Assembly: GCA_964514415.1 (NCBI GenBank)
Contig: CAZEQL010000002.1
Location: 1-60,637, forward strand
Direction: 5' to 3'
Source of the DNA: an uncultured Dehalococcoidales bacterium
Lineage (GTDB): Bacteria > Chloroflexota > Dehalococcoidia > GIF9 > AB-539-J10
DNA: 60,637 bases
The position numbers were made by a program, and so were the translations under genes. Below are positions 58,855 to 60,637 of the stretch, one piece after another. The notes under the pieces are model-generated. The model worked only from the letters and a program-made list of their open reading frames with translations. It searched no databases and had not been told where the DNA came from. How positions within the stretch are numbered: position 1 is the first letter of the stretch; the number at the start of each line of letters is the position of its first letter.

Positions 58855-58872
58855 TTGCCTGATTTATCAGGC
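58844..58872. repeat. Second copy of the AAAAA-TGTAGTTGCCT-RATTTAT hairpin motif, overlapping the obg stop codon
   Basis: AAAAAGTGTAGTTGCCTGATTTATCAGGC. The internal hairpin is GCCTGAT-TT-ATCAGGC. Confidence 0.6.
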
Positions 58873-58882
58873 TTAAAAGACG

Positions 58883-59506
58883 ATGAATATAGGCGTTCTC
58901 GGTGGCACATTTGATCCTATCCATTTAGGCCATCTCATCATAGCTGAGGAAGCAAGAATAAAGTTGAGTCTCAGTGAAGTCCTCTTCGTTCCTGCAGGGC
59001 AGCCATGGCTTAAAGTTGACCGTGCCGTTACTCCAGCAATTCACCGCGCAGAAATGGTGCGCCGCGCTATCTCTACTAATCCGTATTTTAAGCTTTGTCC
59101 TCTGGAGGTGGAGCGGTCCGGTCCATCTTATACTGTGGATACCATTATGATGCTTCAAAAACAGATGGGTGGGGAAGCAAGGTTTTTCTTTATTCTTGGT
59201 CATGATGTTTTGGGGGACTTGTCTTTATGGAAGGAACCGAATAAATTGGTTCAAGTATGCCGTTTAGTGGTTGCCCCCAGATGTGGGAAAGGCTTTCCAG
59301 CCTTGAGTTCGGATTTAAAATCCTTGGAGGAGGCCATACCCGGGGTGGTGGATGACATTATTCAACTTGATACACCTGTAATTGGAATCAGCTCCTCGGA
59401 AATTCGCAGGAGGTTAGCTCAGGGGCTATCCATTCGTTACTTGGTGACTGAGGAGGTGGAGAAATATATATTAGAACGAAAGATATATCTGGCAAGTAAC
59501 AGCTGA
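58883..59506 (+). CDS. nadD: Nicotinate-nucleotide adenylyltransferase
   Basis: GVLGGTFDPIHLGHL and ISSSEIR motifs. Confidence 0.9.
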   Translation: MNIGVLGGTFDPIHLGHLIIAEEARIKLSLSEVLFVPAGQPWLKVDRAVTPAIHRAEMVRRAISTNPYFKLCPLEVERSGPSYTVDTIMMLQKQMGGEARFFFILGHDVLGDLSLWKEPNKLVQVCRLVVAPRCGKGFPALSSDLKSLEEAIPGVVDDIIQLDTPVIGISSSEIRRRLAQGLSIRYLVTEEVEKYILERKIYLASNS

Positions 59507-59518
59507 TAGCTATCAGCT
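59501..59518. terminator. Perfect 18-nt palindrome AGCTGATAGCTATCAGCT between convergent genes (possible bidirectional terminator hairpin)
   Basis: It spans the nadD stop (59504-59506) and the stop of the gyrB remnant (59517-59519). There is no flanking U-tract. Confidence 0.35.
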
Positions 59519-59669
59519 AGATATCCAGGTTCCTCACGGCTTGAGCGTGGGTTTGGATGAATATTTTGCGAGGTAGAACTTCATCGCCCATCAGCATATG
59601 AAATGTTTGGTCTGCGGCTATAGCATCCTCTACTTCTACTTTAAGCAAGGTTCTGCTGGCAGGGTTCAT
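59517..59669 (-). pseudogene. gyrB: Orphan 50-codon C-terminal tail of DNA gyrase subunit B
   Basis: [50 protein letters not shown] matches the universally conserved GyrB end (..R-LLqV-leDA-eAd--F--LMGD-VePRR-FI--nA--v-NLDI). Its ATG overlaps the hydrolase stop (ATGA). Confidence 0.7.
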
Positions 59670-60637
59670 AGTTTGCCAAGACCTTCCAGCCATTCCTTGA
59701 CAACGGGTCGGACTTCAGCACCAACAACCACGCCCATGTGCGTTACGCCTTGCAGCAGCCTCACCTGAACTTCTGTGTATTGAGAAATCACTGGTTCATA
59801 TTGATCAACGATGAAGGATTCGTCTGCTGTGCCGGCGACAACCAACAATGGTTGCGTTATGGCCCTGAGATCTTTCTTATAGTTACGAGGGGCGTAGGCC
59901 GTGTTGAGTCGATAAGAGTACGACAGGGTTTCGGTCCCATCACGGGCTTCTTCCGGCATGTTGAACTGAATGACAGTCAGATCATTAAACCAACGAATTC
60001 CCACATTATTTAACATGACCAGCCCAGCGATGCGCCGAGTGTAGGGACGCGCCCACCCGCCCGAGTTGGAACGTATCGTAGGTCCTTTATATGTGAGGTA
60101 GGGAGTCAGCAGCAAGTAGGCGTCGGCTTGCTGCCCGTATCGGCTTCCCGCAAAGCGTATAGCCAGACCACCTCCAGATGAATGGCCGCCCACAATCAGC
60201 ATTGCGTTTGGATTATCCTTTCGAATCATGGCGATAAGATCCGCCAAATCATCTTCCAATTGGCCGATGTAGTCCACATCGCCTCGTCTCTCGGGAGTAC
60301 GTCCATGTCCCCGTAAATCTGGAGTGTATACCTGAGCTAGACCCTCAGAGCTAATGAACTCGGCTAAAGGTAGGAAATACTGGCTATGCCAACCTGAGCC
60401 GTGTAACAGGATGATCACCTTATCTGATTGAGCTGGATAGTGCCGATACGCTAATTGTTTGCCATCTCTAGCAGCAAAGGTTTTCAGTTGGGGCAGGTTT
60501 GTGTAATCGATAAACAACTCTTCAAAGGCCGGGCCGCTCTCATCTGGAGTTAGCTTCTTAGGTTTGTCACTTAGGATTAGCCCAGCGGCAATACCGAAAT
60601 AAATCACGACAGAGATGAGTAAAAATTTAAGGGTCAC
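59666..60637 (-). CDS. Alpha/beta hydrolase (lysophospholipase-like) with an N-terminal membrane anchor; the GTG start is at the window edge
   Basis: HGSGWHS oxyanion region, nucleophile elbow GGHSSGGG and an N-terminal [19 protein letters not shown]. The 5' end may extend beyond the window. Confidence 0.75.
   Translation of the reverse strand: MTLKFLLISVVIYFGIAAGLILSDKPKKLTPDESGPAFEELFIDYTNLPQLKTFAARDGKQLAYRHYPAQSDKVIILLHGSGWHSQYFLPLAEFISSEGLAQVYTPDLRGHGRTPERRGDVDYIGQLEDDLADLIAMIRKDNPNAMLIVGGHSSGGGLAIRFAGSRYGQQADAYLLLTPYLTYKGPTIRSNSGGWARPYTRRIAGLVMLNNVGIRWFNDLTVIQFNMPEEARDGTETLSYSYRLNTAYAPRNYKKDLRAITQPLLVVAGTADESFIVDQYEPVISQYTEVQVRLLQGVTHMGVVVGAEVRPVVKEWLEGLGKL

Overview
The window is about 60.6 kb of a bacterial chromosome and includes the replication-initiator region: dnaA at 56.2-57.6 kb, followed by a strikingly AT-rich ~230-nt spacer. 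The backbone is ordinary housekeeping: coaD-rsmD, leuS-proC, ppsA, dgt-dnaG-rpoD, ffh, pheA, trkHA, recO, dnaX-ybaB-recR, an ECF sigma with its anti-sigma, hsp20-lon, gyrA, lysC, asd, fmt, dnaA, obg and nadD. Gene content and style feel Chloroflexota-like, but that is only a guess. Three accessory patches stand out.

- **1-8.7 kb:** an island abutting the 3' end of tRNA-Arg(CCT). It carries a translationally coupled operon of a DUF262/DUF1524 (GmrSD-like) nuclease, an apparently orphan HsdR and an unknown 147-aa protein. It also holds a fossil tyrosine-recombinase C-terminus, a wHTH-GHKL-DUF4325 fusion protein with a repeat-rich promoter, a small basic protein and mazEF.
- **34.6-37.3 kb:** an islet with an inverted-repeat-rich 590-nt spacer and a compact three-gene cassette (a TIGR04255-like protein plus two unknown proteins). 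This cassette is my best candidate for an undescribed system. Next to it lies a scar in which a type III mod 5' end is joined to a res 3' end.
- **48.1-52.3 kb:** tRNA-Pro(CGG) and a 45-nt copy of its 3' end bracket plsY-GT2-asd. Beyond the copy lies a hicB-hicA pair in which each gene has one in-frame stop.

The window also holds an unusual number of gene fossils (ppsA 5' end, DUF5679 3' half, gyrB tail), a REP/MITE-like palindromic element in at least two copies, and a recurring TGTAGTTGCCT hairpin motif. I saw no CRISPR array, rRNA, intact integrase or transposase. All calls come from reading the supplied translations and sequence by eye; no searches were run.
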